A stretch of 64,000 nucleotides of DNA from NCBI GenBank assembly GCA_016748015.1, contig JAAOMT010000201.1, positions 1-64,000 on the forward strand. The letters run 5' to 3'. This document shows, in pieces, positions 13,057 through 25,725 of this stretch. The DNA comes from Geosiphon pyriformis uo1 (Eukaryota > Fungi > Glomeromycota). The position numbers and the translations under genes were made by a program. Under the pieces are notes generated by a model, which saw nothing but the letters and a program-made list of their open reading frames with translations, had not been told where the DNA came from and searched no databases. The number at the start of each line of letters is the position of its first letter. The stretch's first letter is position 1.

Positions 13057-15488
13057 TAGCCGATTTCTAAAAGTTTAAAATTTAATATGCAACTCTTTCC
13101 CTTACTGTTTCTGCTCTCAAGCTTTTTGTCAGCCTTGGCGTGGTAATTTTGCAGGTTTTTTATATAAATCCAAGTAATTTTAAAATATATTTCTCAAATA
13201 GCACGATTAAAAATCTTTTTATCATTAAAAAATTATTGTGCTACATACTGTATAAGACTCGATCACAAAAATTAATTTAACTTATTTTTCTAGATGATAT
13301 TCTAGTGTTTTATTTGTTATATAATGTCTTATAATGTGTTATATAATATCATAATTTTTGTAAATGAACTGATTTTAAAAGATTGATAATTGATTCGATC
13401 GAATTCTCATAAGCGATCGAAAATTTGATGTTTTAATAGATCACAAAAATTTAACATTTCAAGCCATTATTTTAAAATTTTGAAATAAATAAAAGCATTA
13501 TTTAAAGATTAATTTTCGAATGACTTTTTCTCTAGGTAAGGTCATCGTATTGTTAAAATTAGCGATTATATGGATTAGATAGAGAATCAAAGATTTCTAA
13601 TTGCAAGTAATAAAAGATTCTTGACATGTTTAGATTTACTAAATATTGTTATTGTGTAATTAGCGAAAAACTAATTGGAATTTTTCGAGAAATCCTGGAA
13701 ACTTGATTGAATTTTGTGGACAAGGAATTCATGTGAAAAGCCTAAATTGTCAAAGAGATTGACATTGAAGTTGAAATGTTTATCTAAAATTTCAAATCAA
13801 ATTTCTGAAATGGAAACAAAAACTTGTTTCCATCAAGTCGAATAAAAAATAAATTTTATAGAAAATCTATATATTAGGAATTTCAAGGAACATGTTCATC
13901 GGCAGTTTGTTATGGTCTTTATTCAACGAGGATCTTCGATAATGAGTATTGTTTCCTTTATTGAATTGAAAATCTAGCTAGGAAATCAACAATAAAATTG
14001 CTTAATTTTGATATTAGACTTAAATATTTAGATGAACTCCAGGAAAATGATTACCTTATAAGAGGAATTGTATGAATTATCCCGATTTGTTGCGTAACAT
14101 GAACTTTTGGAAATGATAAACGAATTAAAGTGGTTTTTTAAGGTTAAGACGTTTGAATAATTTTTAAAGTTTAGAGTTGATTTCCATTTTGATAAATCAT
14201 TCGATGTTTTGGTAACCTTGAAAAAATAATTATATTTAATTTAATAAACTAAAAATGTAAATTGAATCGGTAAAATTTTCCCGAAGAATGGGTTCTTCCA
14301 AATGAAAAAATTTTTTCTTGATATTTTAATCAATACAAATCAGATTTAACTTTAAAAGATATTAGCAAATAACTTTCAAAGTTGTACAAAATTAAATTTC
14401 CCGCAAATTTGTTCTCAATTTACAAAAAATTGTTTTTTATATCTTAAATCACTATAGAGTTGATTTTTCGGTCCGAAATGTTTGAACAGAGTGTTTACTT
14501 TCAATTTTGATTTATTAATTGTTTTAAAAAAAAGTACAATTAATTTATACATTAAAAGAATTTAAGTATCCTAATTATATTTGATTCGTAATCAGGTTTT
14601 TGGAAATCCAAAAGAAAAGATCGAAAAAAGGCTTAGAAAGAAATGTCACTAAAAAAGGTCCAGTGTCAATATGAAAAGGGTAAGAAATTTCTAGGTTTTT
14701 AAAATTAAAGTATTATTTTAGAAATGAACATTTTTTTTGTTTATTACATATGACTTTGATATTTTTCCCACTCCCCAAATTTTTATACATAGTTGAGCGA
14801 ACTTTGTTAAATGAGGCCCGATCTAGGAGTTGTTTATACTAAGAATATTCTAACATTATTTTGTTTATGCAACTGAACAAAATTTCAATTTTAGATTGGA
14901 AAATTTTTAGTTAGTAACAAAAAAAGGAGTTATAGTTTAAAATTTCTTTCATACATAAAATTATAGTATTTGGCAACTTTTGAATTCGATTGTTAAAGAC
15001 TGCTTACTTTGTAACTATCTTATTTAAGTTATAAATCGGAAATCAATTGTCAAATACTAATTTTTCATAATAATCTACTTTTGTAAAATTATGTTTTGTA
15101 CCATTATAATGATATGAATTCTATTACTTTACTAGTATTATTATTATTATTATTATGTGAAGAAATATAATTTTTTTTTGCTCAAAGGCTTCAAGTTCCC
15201 ATCTATGCTATGAGAAATATTATAGAAACGGAGATGAGTCAAACAGGACTAATCACAAAAATCGGGTATTGACAAAATCAAATGATACTAAGCTTTGTAA
15301 TCAGCCAAATAATATTCCAATGAAAGAAAAGATCATAAAGTTAAACCCAATTAGCTGAATAGATCTTTTCATTTTTCCAGCCTCTTTATTCTATATGTGT
15401 GTATAAAACAATGAAAGATGAAAACCTTATCATCGAATGAATTCTGCTTTATAATCTTGTGCTTTGATCTTATGGTTTCTTCATTAAC

Positions 15489-15489
<1 letters not shown>

Positions 15490-15536
<47 letters not shown>
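15490..15536. repeat. (ATT)n microsatellite
   Basis: Perfect trinucleotide run. Confidence 0.95.
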
Positions 15537-15537
<1 letters not shown>

Positions 15538-16097
15538 TTAATCTTTATTATGGTGTACGAATTAAAATTCAGAGTTCATTTTCAACATCTTTCAAATTGA
15601 AATATAATCTTAATGGATAAAAATCCGGAAAATGAGCTAAACCACATGAAATATTAGGTTTGAGTACTCTTTTTTTTCAATTTTTCACTAGTGGTACATC
15701 TGGGAATTAAACGATTGTATGCACAAAAGTGACAAGTGTTTCATTTATTTTAAGAATAAACACCCCCAATATATTACAATTAAAGACTTTATTGATTATT
15801 CTTGCCTGCGGATCCGTCAAATTTAAAATCAGGCTCAATGTCCTATTATGCACAAAAAAAAATTTTAATAAATCACAACCCCGTTTTCCTTTTCTGATAC
15901 CTAAAAATAGGGAAGAGGTTTCTCAGCAAGCGCTACTTCCTCACCGAAAAATGAATAAATAAGAGCCATCGTTTCTCTTTAAAAAAATTTTCAAATTAAC
16001 CTAATTAACTGATAAAAAATATACGATTTTAATTTTTGATGAAAAAAAACCAGAACAACTTTACATACATTAATCTTTCACTCTAAAAGTCTGTATA

Positions 16098-17000
16098 ATG
16101 TCCAAATTTGTCAAACCAATTTACAAATTCGAGATTGAAAAAATGAGACCTCAATTCCCTCTTAATCTTACCGCCAACGACTTGATGGCTAATGCCAAGA
16201 GAAGACTTGAAGTGACAGGGAAAGTTACAAAAATTCCTAACAGCTTTATGGCATACCGAATGGCAGTCAAAAAAAATCTTATTTTGAGCAAAAATATTCC
16301 TGGAATGCGAGAACTTTCAACAATTTCTGCCACTCTTTGGAAAACGGAACCGGAATGGGTTAAGGCGGAATATCAATCCCTTATGCGTGATGCACAAGCT
16401 CAACTTCATCTAATTGCCAATTTTAAATTACCATTGCAAATAATTCAATTTACCAATCAAATGCAAAAAAGCTTAGAGCCATCTTCTCGAAATAAGTTTG
16501 AATCTAGAAAAGGTTTTCCTCGATCTTACGATGACCGATCAAAGACTCGGTCGAATACAACAAATTCCTCTCCTCCAACTACACCAGAATCTTGGATAAA
16601 ATCCGATGATAATAGCTTTATTTATGAAAAGAGAAACCCACAAAGCAAATTTTTACTATTAAATGAGCCCGACATGGTTGAAAATATTCTGACTACTCCT
16701 TTTGACCTCGGGGTCAATACTGTGTTAGAAAGCGACATTTCTTTTGATTTTCATGAGGGTCAGGCTCAAAGAAATAACATTTTCAGCCAATTTTCGAACT
16801 CAAGACCTTTCACAGATATGGAAACCTTTAGAAATCCAGGTTTACTCCCCAATTTAAATAGCTCCGTTAATTTATTGGATTTTTGTCCAATTACCCCAGT
16901 TTTAGAAGAAATTTGCCTTGAAGATCGAGTGAAAAACTTAGAACATTTTTTTTATCACATGAATTTGGAAAAAGCAACTTTTATGAACTTTTTTCCTTAA
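16098..17000 (+). CDS. MATA-type HMG-box transcription factor (array copy 1)
   Basis: KIPNSFMAYRM...MRELSTISATLWKTEPEWVKAEYQSL HMG box; N-terminal RPQFPLNLTANDL; C-terminal LEDRVKNLE; intronless. Confidence 0.92.
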   Translation: MSKFVKPIYKFEIEKMRPQFPLNLTANDLMANAKRRLEVTGKVTKIPNSFMAYRMAVKKNLILSKNIPGMRELSTISATLWKTEPEWVKAEYQSLMRDAQAQLHLIANFKLPLQIIQFTNQMQKSLEPSSRNKFESRKGFPRSYDDRSKTRSNTTNSSPPTTPESWIKSDDNSFIYEKRNPQSKFLLLNEPDMVENILTTPFDLGVNTVLESDISFDFHEGQAQRNNIFSQFSNSRPFTDMETFRNPGLLPNLNSSVNLLDFCPITPVLEEICLEDRVKNLEHFFYHMNLEKATFMNFFP

Positions 17001-17560
17001 TTTAATAATTTTTTAGCAATTCTTAAACAAAGCGTTGAGGCTTTACATCATTCAAAGAATATTTCTTGACAATGTTAGCCAAGGAAAATATTAAAAATTA
17101 CATTTCCCTCATAAGCAAAATCCTGGTATTTTATAATATATAGCAAATATTAATAATAATAAAAATATTATGAAACAATATGACCTAAAAAAATGTTTTT
17201 TTCAAAAAAAAAATCTATAAACATTCATTGGAACAAGCATTATTTATATTGTAGATTTTTTGTTTAGTCAACAAATTTTTTCCTGAAAAAGCAAAGCTTC
17301 ATTCACGTGCCAAATTTACTTTAAAAGTGGCTTTTATGTAGTGCTAGCCTAATATATAGTCATTACATATGTGGATTAAGTCAAACTCGGTAAGCTAAAT
17401 TTGGTTTAAATAAACAGACATTACCTTTTAAGACTCGGTCTTAATATCCGATGTGCTTTACCTCATTAAAAATTTCAAAAAAAGCTTAGATTACAATTTC
17501 GAATGTCAAACATGCATTGCCAAGTGACACCGAAACTGATTTTTCTGTATAAACCATCCA

Positions 17561-17602
<42 letters not shown>

Positions 17603-17668
17603 CATTATTATGATGGAGGAAGGAATAATAATAATAATAACAACAACAACAACAACAAAAACAACAAC

Positions 17669-17703
<35 letters not shown>
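17561..17703. repeat. Compound (TAT)n/(AAT)n/(AAC)n microsatellite
   Basis: Visible directly; source of spurious ORF 17475-17726. Confidence 0.95.
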
Positions 17704-17706
<3 letters not shown>

Positions 17707-18899
17707 TCTTGAATTATAATATTCAATGAAAATTTTGGCTCAGAATAATAAAAAATATATCCTCTTTGATTTCCATTAAAATTTTGTATATACGAATAAA
17801 AGATAAATTAAAAAAACTTTTAACGTTAAATCCAATTTTTAGATACTTACCAAAGAGTTCTTAAAATTTCTCCAAGAGTAATATACTAAATATTAATTGA
17901 AAATCAATAATTTTTTTATTTTAAACTATAATTTGATATATTTTTGCATTAAGAAAGCTTCTTTTATTTTGATAAACTAAAATTTAAATCAATTTTTTAG
18001 TTTTCTCATTTCTTTAAAACATTGAACTAGTTTGGCTGTGTATAGTTTCCTTATAAGATGTATTTTTAATTGTGTTTGCATATGACAAATCTAGGGCCCA
18101 GATTTATAATTACCAATTTTTTAATGTGTTCATCGCAGATTATCAAATCAATTAGCCCGAAAAGATTTCTTTAATATTCGGTCACCAGAATAAATATCTG
18201 TTACAAAAATAGCAAAGCACATGGTAATTTCTTACTTAAAGCTAAAAATACTATCATTGCCATCTTTAGGAATTAGTCACACTTGTGATACTTTATTTGA
18301 GCTTCCTCTTTCGCTTGAAAGTAACAATCACTTTGGATTTTCAAGTTTATATAAACAAATGTTTAATTTTTCTGTTGTTATTTTATTCATCACATATCAC
18401 ATTTATTAAATAGTTTAACTTTCTATTTTTTTAAAAGCCATTTTTTTTTTTACAAAACTGATTCTATTTCAAAAAATAATAAAACATCGTTACATATGTT
18501 AATAAAATTTTGAATAAAATATATTGTTGGTGTCTAATAATCAAATATGACATTTTTTTAAATAAAAATATTAACAAATATTAACTTAATATATTTAAAT
18601 TTATTAAATACAATCTTATTTATTTAATATTCTGGTTAGTTTGTCTAGCCTTTCTTAAATTCCTTAAATTCATAATAATATTTATGTTCATAAATTTTTG
18701 GTGAGCTAATGAAAGCAATTGAAACACTTAATATTCTTGAAAAGAATTACAAAGGATATTTTGAGTGAAATAAGATAGGAGGCTGAAATTAAAATTTCAC
18801 AATAATTAACAATTTTCATAGTAAATTGAATGAATTTAAAATTGAGTGGTTTTTTATATAAAGGCATAAATAACTTAAAACATATCTTATTTGGAGTTG

Positions 18900-19568
18900 C
18901 TAAAGGTTATGATTAAACAAGATTGCACACTTGGCTTCAAGTATCGCAATTCTTTCTTGTAGCGAATTGGTTTTATAATAAATCCTAAGTTCTGGAAACC
19001 AGGAATTAATAATACTTTCAAGCAATACAGCGCGATTTTCAAGTTCAAATTCATTGGCATCGGTAATTATGGGATGATCTGGTATAGATGAAGCTTGAGA
19101 GATAGACAGTTCAGAGATATCAGACATGTATTCTGCCTTTACCGAGTTCGAAACTAAATCGCTGCATTCTAGCCAAGTAAATTTAAAACTATCCTGAGAG
19201 GATGTTTTAGTTTTGACAGTTTTGTTTGAACCAGGATCAGCCTTAACAAACTGAAAATGATTATTGTAGCGGATGAATTCATTAAATGACGTACTTGCTT
19301 CATGACTGAGTTTCTTATATTGTTTTTTAATCGAAGGAGTTTGAGATTTCCAACTTTTAGAGACAATTCCAGAGATTTCTCGTTGTTTTTTTATCCCATG
19401 CAGGCTCCCGGATTTTTTAAGTGACATTCTATATAGAAAAAATGCGTTGGGAATTTTTTTTTTTTCGCCATGTTTCTGAAAGTGATTGACCGCGTTAGAA
19501 ATTATCTCCTCCACAGTTAGATTCAGTGGATGTTCCGGCTTTTGAAATTACTGATTATCACTAGTCAT
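18900..19568 (-). pseudogene. MATA-type HMG-box gene (copy 2) with one early nonsense codon
   Basis: ATG at 19568 is in frame with ORF 18900-19514: MTSDNQ*FQKPEHPLNLTVEEII, TAA at 19550-19548. The rest is open, with HMG box KIPNAFFLYRM...ISGIVSKSWKSQTPSIKKQYKKL and two coil motifs. The ORF-track start is a GTG. Confidence 0.8.
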
Positions 19569-20442
19569 CGTAACTTTTATCGTGAAAAGAGTTTAAATTG
19601 ATTGTTTTTAAGAAAAACTAAACAATTTCCTGTGAAGAAAAGCGAGAGAATAAATGTGAGGCTTATTCTCTAATAAAAATACAAGCATCAAGGCTTCTTT
19701 TTGTACTTTTCAAACCATTTTCGGCTGTGGAAAACGCCCAAAAATTTTCGGTTTTCTTTAATGTGTTTAGCTAATCTTTTTAATTATTCTGGAAAATCAT
19801 TAGAAAAAAATCTTGCGATTAAAAAAGTTTTGAAATTGGATCATCAAGTGATTTTGTTTATAATGAAAATGAATGGCAAAAATTATATCACCAGACAATG
19901 TCGATCTTAAAAAAGTTAAGCCTCTGTCTCATTTTGTAGATGATAAAGAGTTTTGAAATTCGTTTGAAAATCTACATTGGGATGATCGTCCTAATTGGCA
20001 CTTTTTTGAATCAAATTATGCAATCAAAATATTTCTTGCAATTCAAAATTCAAACTGAACCTCCTTTTTTAGCAATAATATCATTTAAAAATGTTGGACT
20101 TGAATGCCAATAAAGTCAATTTGAAAGAGTAAAATCTTTATTTAGAATTCTATTGATATTATAAATTCTTAATTAATTGAAAAGACTATTTAAAATTTTT
20201 CATTCTTGATGTATGCAATATCCCGATTTGAACTTTTCGGATTTTTTGTGATAAAGAGTAAATAATTCTCCTGAAAATTTTTCAAAGGACTTAAACTTTT
20301 TGAATTTAAACTATGATCAATTGTAATGTTTATTTGGAGAACTCAAAAAGTTGAGAGGCTCGGGGAAATATCTCCAAATTATTTGAAAAATTTATGCACT
20401 TCTCAATTAAAAATGACAAAATCTAAGAGCATTGGATTCTAG

Positions 20443-20483
20443 AAAGAAAGAAAGAAGGAAAGAAAGAATGAATGAATGAATGA
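20443..20483. repeat. (GAAA)n(GAAT)n microsatellite
   Basis: Visible directly. Confidence 0.85.
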
Positions 20484-21382
20484 TATTGATATCAATAGAA
20501 TCTAAAATATGCCCATTTTTATTTCTAATTTATGAATTCAAGTATAATCTTTAATATGTGATGAATAATCTTCTTTTTGAAAAAAACTTAACACAAGAAA
20601 ATTTTCGATTTCTGTCGGATCAAAACATCAAAATTATGACCCAATGCATACCGCTAAAGAATTGATTTTACATCACAATTATTCGGGCATAAAACTGCGA
20701 CATATCTATCCATAAAAAATAAAAAAAGTTGATCATTGCTAATAAGAAGAAATGATACTCTTTTAAGCACCTAAAATTGGGTGCCGCTTTTACTGTGACC
20801 CGGGTACAAAAGGATAGTAAGGTTTTAAACTTCCCAGGATTGTAAATAGTTTTAAGTAGACAAACGCCAATGTCAGCCACATCTTCAGTTTTTTGTGAAA
20901 CATTCTCGCTTTTAGAAAAACCAATTACATATATAAAATCTTTTGAAGGGAAAAATTAGGTATTCATAATTAGGTTCTACATTTTGATCTGTTTACTATC
21001 CTTTTTATTCAGGTACATATTTAGATTTTTAAAAATGTGACACATTTTTTTCATTACCATTGGACTTATGCAAATTCATTCAAGTTTACTTTATCGAGAA
21101 ACTCTCTGTTTTTTTCGAACTAAAGCAATAAAGAAACGTCATGGACGTCCCCCAGATGTCTTGTTTCCCTTACAATAGAAATTGTTATCCATACACTTAA
21201 ACAATTAATAATTATTGCTTGTTTTTTTTTTAGATGGACAAGTTCTAGAATGAAAAAAAATTTAGTCCTCTTAGGACGTGTTTTTAAAGGTTCTAGATTA
21301 TTGATAATTATTGTAACCTAGCATATTTTTTATCGGGTATTTTGGTAAACTATCTTAGAAAAAAAAAGGAAATTTTATTCAT

Positions 21383-22099
21383 TCAATTGAAAGAATGAAA
21401 ATTCACGAGTAGTCTGGAAATTGTAAGCTCGAGGAGATACACTCTTTCTTTAATAGTGATTGGAATATTTTGGTCAAATTCAAAACTTTCTTGATTCAAA
21501 ATGTTTTTCACAATTTTTTCGAGAGATTCCACGCGGCTCTCAAGATGGAACCATGAGTTTTCAGGTTCATAATGTTCATTATTATAAAAATTTTGTGAAA
21601 TAATTGAATCAGGTTCGATTGATTTGACCATAGAATTGAAATTTGAAAGAAACGGTGTAGGAGCTAAATATAGCGAAATAAGATGTATTCTTTCTTCCTC
21701 ATCAACGTTACTATTGAAATTAACTGAAGAAAGAGGATAAAATTTGAGCCGTTGTAATGTATGAAATTTTTTCCAAATTTTTTCAAAAGAATTTCTGGCT
21801 TCCTTTGAAATATTTTCGTAATAAGATTTAACATGTTCTGGTTCTTTTTTCCAATGATTTGCTGCGTTTTGAGCTAGATGGCGCATATTATTATCCATGG
21901 TTGACTCGATTAAAAAATTTCTCAAATCCATCTTGTATATAAGAAACGCATTTGGAATTTTGGTGACTCTCCCAGTTTCATTTAATTTTTTTATTGCATT
22001 CTTCATTACCTTTTCCACTGTTATTAATGAAAAGGGTGGTCTTGAATATTCTGGCAGCACATGCAAATAATTCGAGGTTTCGTTAAGTAAATTGGCCAT
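21383..22099 (-). CDS. MATA-type HMG-box transcription factor (copy 3)
   Basis: KIPNAFLIYKM...MRHLAQNAANHWKKEPEHVKSYYENI; RPPFSLITVEKV; two coil motifs LESRVESLE and IKERVYLLE. Confidence 0.92.
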   Translation of the reverse strand: MANLLNETSNYLHVLPEYSRPPFSLITVEKVMKNAIKKLNETGRVTKIPNAFLIYKMDLRNFLIESTMDNNMRHLAQNAANHWKKEPEHVKSYYENISKEARNSFEKIWKKFHTLQRLKFYPLSSVNFNSNVDEEERIHLISLYLAPTPFLSNFNSMVKSIEPDSIISQNFYNNEHYEPENSWFHLESRVESLEKIVKNILNQESFEFDQNIPITIKERVYLLELTISRLLVNFHSFN

Positions 22100-24696
22100 T
22101 TCAAATGGTTGACTTACAGTGTGGTGACAAAAAAATTCTAAAGATCAACAGTCGAAAGTTACCCACATATAAAAACTTTTTTTTTTTTTTTAGCCAATTC
22201 GAATTCCATAAAATATACTTCATTTCCACTATTTCCAAAACAGAAATAATTTGCAACTTTGTATATATAGTTTACTTTAGAAATGAATCTATTGATTAAG
22301 AAACATAGCAAGCAATAGCTAATCTATTTCTGTAGTGAGGGAAAAAATAGGAAAAATTAAGTACAGAGTCTTTAATAATTATCACAAAAAGATTATGGGA
22401 CATGTATCGAGAAAAGTAGGTAGGCTGAAATATATTCATAAAAAAAAATTCCTTTTTGTCCCTATAAAAAATTGCTTCTAAACTAAATAAATGAGGTATA
22501 GAAATTTCATATCACACAATTGTTTGACATTCAAGATTATTTGAATATATGAAAAACCTACTAATTAATAATACGTCAAATGTTGACAATATTTTAAAAA
22601 AGAAACGTGTTAAATGGTCCAAATTTCGTCTTAATAAAAACTTATTTTCTGATTAAAGAGCATTTTAACTGTTTAAAAACACTGTTAAACATTACAAGGT
22701 ATCTTGCAAAACCAAAAGATCGTACAAAAATATTTGTGTGGGATGGTTTTTTATGAGGAGAAAAACTAGCTTATTTTTTTTATGCGTATTATGAATGCTA
22801 AGGGGAAGTTAATGGGATAATTGGCCGTTATTTAGTCCGGCTCTAAATCCCTTTATATAAGATTCCTCTTGGTGATAAAATTTCACTGATAAATTCTAAT
22901 TATAGCCGAAATGGTTGTGAATGACAAAAATGACAGACCTTTGATTGTGATCATCTCATGTAAATGAAAATGTTTGACATAAATCTCAAATTTTTAAGCG
23001 AAAAAATTCCTTTATTAGGGTAGATCTCAAGAAAAAAAACTTAAAACAAGGTGACAATATGAGTAAAGTTTTTAGTTTATTTAATTTTTGACAAAAGGGT
23101 GATAAATAAAATTTTTTACATTTATCGATGGAATTTTTAAGCCCGCTATGCATCATAGCTAAAAGTCGAATTCACAATATAAATTGAAAAAAAATTTGAA
23201 TAATTAGGTATTTGAAATCAGATTAAGGTAAAAAGTGCTATTAAAACCCTTATTTGTAACTTTAAACGAATTGGATGAGGTCACAAATATCCAATAAAAA
23301 AAAGGCTCACAAAGTTGTTCATAAAGTTATCCTTTTAAAACAAAATTAATAAATTCAAAATAATTTTCAAATCAGAAAAGAGAATAATAATAATAATAAT
23401 TGTATCTTGTTGAAAGAATTATTCTTGGGTTAAAGTATAAATAAGATGCAGGAAAATTTAAAAAGGCTTTTTTCTTGAAACCAAATCCGTCACTTGAAAA
23501 ACATGATTATTAAAATCCATAAAACGTAAGGTTCTTTTATATTCCTTTGAAAAAAAAAAAAAACTAATTTACTGAATCTTAAAAGAAAATCCGAAACAAT
23601 TGATTCACCCTAAGATTTCAACAACATTTGACAATTTTTTTTAATAGTACATTTTTCTTAATTTTAATCTAATATATAAAGAAAAATCATAATTCATAAT
23701 TTCTGAGGTTTCATATACTTCATATTTGATGTCTACGTTATAATATTAACTATTTCTAAAAATTAAAAGTTTTGCTCATAAATTTTTTTTTCAACATTAA
23801 CTGAGATTAAATTATCATAAGCATTTTTAGCATTTCAATCAGATTTCATAAAGGCTTAGAGAATACTGGATTCTAAAATTTTTATTTATCATTATCTATG
23901 GCACATTTTAAATCTTATTTTTTTTTTTTTAAAAAAAAAAAAGAATTTTGTATCTTGCTAGTGATTTCAAATAAGGGTAATTGATGTGTTTTATTTAATA
24001 AATTGAATCTTTGAGGCTGAAAAAAACGTAGTACTGTTTTGAATCTTTAGGCGAAAACTTCTTATTTTGGTTATTTTTAACAGAAAAGCGATTAGCTTAT
24101 AAATCCTCGCAAAATATAAACCTTAAGCTCACAGCCTCACCTACCATTTTTGTATGTTTTTTAATCTTGATGTTTCATTTTAACTTGACAGGTCTAACTA
24201 TTTTAACTGGATTGATCTTCTCTCTTCAAGCATCTAGTAAAATATTATTCTTGGAATTTTCACAAAGTTATTCGTGTTTAAAAAGTTTTCCTTTCAAGAT
24301 GAAATTAAAAGCTCGCGTGTCCAACTTGTTTTTGATGATCATACGGTAATTTTGAATTCTATGGCAGTGCTTTCTTAAAGCGGAAAAAATAATATACAAT
24401 CAAAAGCAAAGCCTTTTTAAGGGAAAATGACCCAAATTACTCAAACGGTAGATGTATCTGCATTTGTTTGAAAGTCATTTTCAATAATAAACATCAAGTT
24501 ATAAATTTACAGTTTATATTGACTTTTGAAAATTCCCTCACTCAATATGCGAGACTTTAATATATTTGAGTGTAAATTTTTGGAAATTTGTAAGCGAGAA
24601 AGGGGGCACTAATTCATTTTTTCTTCTTTTAATCTGTTTTTGAATTTATTATTAAGGTTTTAGTTTTCTATCTCTTAAAATATAGGTTTTGACTAT

Positions 24697-25725
24697 TTAC
24701 ATTTGATCAATAATTTTGTTGCAGCCTTCAGTAATTAAACTTGCTACAAGGCATTCTAATACTTTGATTCTTTGCTCTAAATTTGAATTTTGTTTGACCG
24801 TGTTTTTCATATTTGGTATACGGTCAGACTTTAGGTTATTTGCCAACACAGCAAGTAATTGGGTAATCGAAGATTTAGAGACTGAAGGATTGATTATTGG
24901 TGTGGTAACAGGTGAAGGTAGAGTATTTGAGGAAGTCGTCTGCCTTGGGAATTCTGCAAAATCGAGATCAGGAGAAACCGTCAAATATGAATGACTAAAT
25001 GAGGGTGTAGTTGAAGTTGATGATGGGCCTTGTGAAACTTGTTCGTTGAAAGCTGGGATGAAATCCCATGTTTCTTGCAATGTGGAATTAGAAGGATTGA
25101 TTTCCCACACTTCCGGCAACGGATTGTCAAAAGATTCAATTGTAAAATTTTGGATAATATGGGTCGTCGTAGGTGATTCGATAGGGCTTGATGGCAATTC
25201 TTTATTTGAAAAAGTTTCTAATAATCCAGGATTGTCGTTCCACGGTTGTTGTTGTAATGGACTTACAGTTACATCATTTATATATTCAGGAGAAAGGGAT
25301 GAATCATCAAGTGATTGAGGTTTTTCAAAAGAATTTGATGGTAGCGAAGTTTCGTAGTTGTTGTATCCCACTATTGTTGACTGTGTAGGAACACTTGAAG
25401 TAAAAAATGGTAAGATATTATACTGATTTGGGATTTGATGAAAGAAGTTTTGAGCCTCGAGCGCAATTTCATTATATTTTGCTTTAACTAATTGCGATTC
25501 ACGAGCCCAATACTTTTGTGCTAACGTACTAAAATTTCGAACATAGGGGTTTTCCTTTTGAATTGCCATTTGATAGGCACTAAAAGCAGTAAGAATTTGA
25601 CCGGTTTCCAACGCTTTGGATGCAATCTCTTGAGAAGTGATAATAGGAGGGAATTTTGGTTTCAATGAATCAGAATGAGCCGCGCTCAAATTTCTGAGAG
25701 TAGGTTTAGCAGGATTTTTTAGCAT
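24697..25725 (-). CDS. Degenerate MATA-type HMG-box protein (copy 4)
   Basis: KPKFPPIITSQEI motif; shortened box ILTAFSAYQMAIQKENPYVRNFSTLAQKYWARESQLVKAKYNEI; long S/P/T-rich tail; LEQRIKVLE. Probable start is ATG 25725; the ORF extends to 25794 through an A-rich tract. Confidence 0.85.
   Translation of the reverse strand: MLKNPAKPTLRNLSAAHSDSLKPKFPPIITSQEIASKALETGQILTAFSAYQMAIQKENPYVRNFSTLAQKYWARESQLVKAKYNEIALEAQNFFHQIPNQYNILPFFTSSVPTQSTIVGYNNYETSLPSNSFEKPQSLDDSSLSPEYINDVTVSPLQQQPWNDNPGLLETFSNKELPSSPIESPTTTHIIQNFTIESFDNPLPEVWEINPSNSTLQETWDFIPAFNEQVSQGPSSTSTTPSFSHSYLTVSPDLDFAEFPRQTTSSNTLPSPVTTPIINPSVSKSSITQLLAVLANNLKSDRIPNMKNTVKQNSNLEQRIKVLECLVASLITEGCNKIIDQM

Noticed and set aside
13500-14450. 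Possible decayed coding relic (similar impression at ~6.1-6.45, ~19.9-20.4, ~27.0-27.5, ~34.5-35.2 and ~52-55.6 kb)
   Set aside because: Slightly coding-like composition and occasional splice-like signals, but no motif I can assign; needs a translated homology search.
15418-17726. Poly-Ile, poly-Tyr/Cys/Asn ORFs (also 58086-58427 and 58154-58378)
   Set aside because: Translations of trinucleotide microsatellites.
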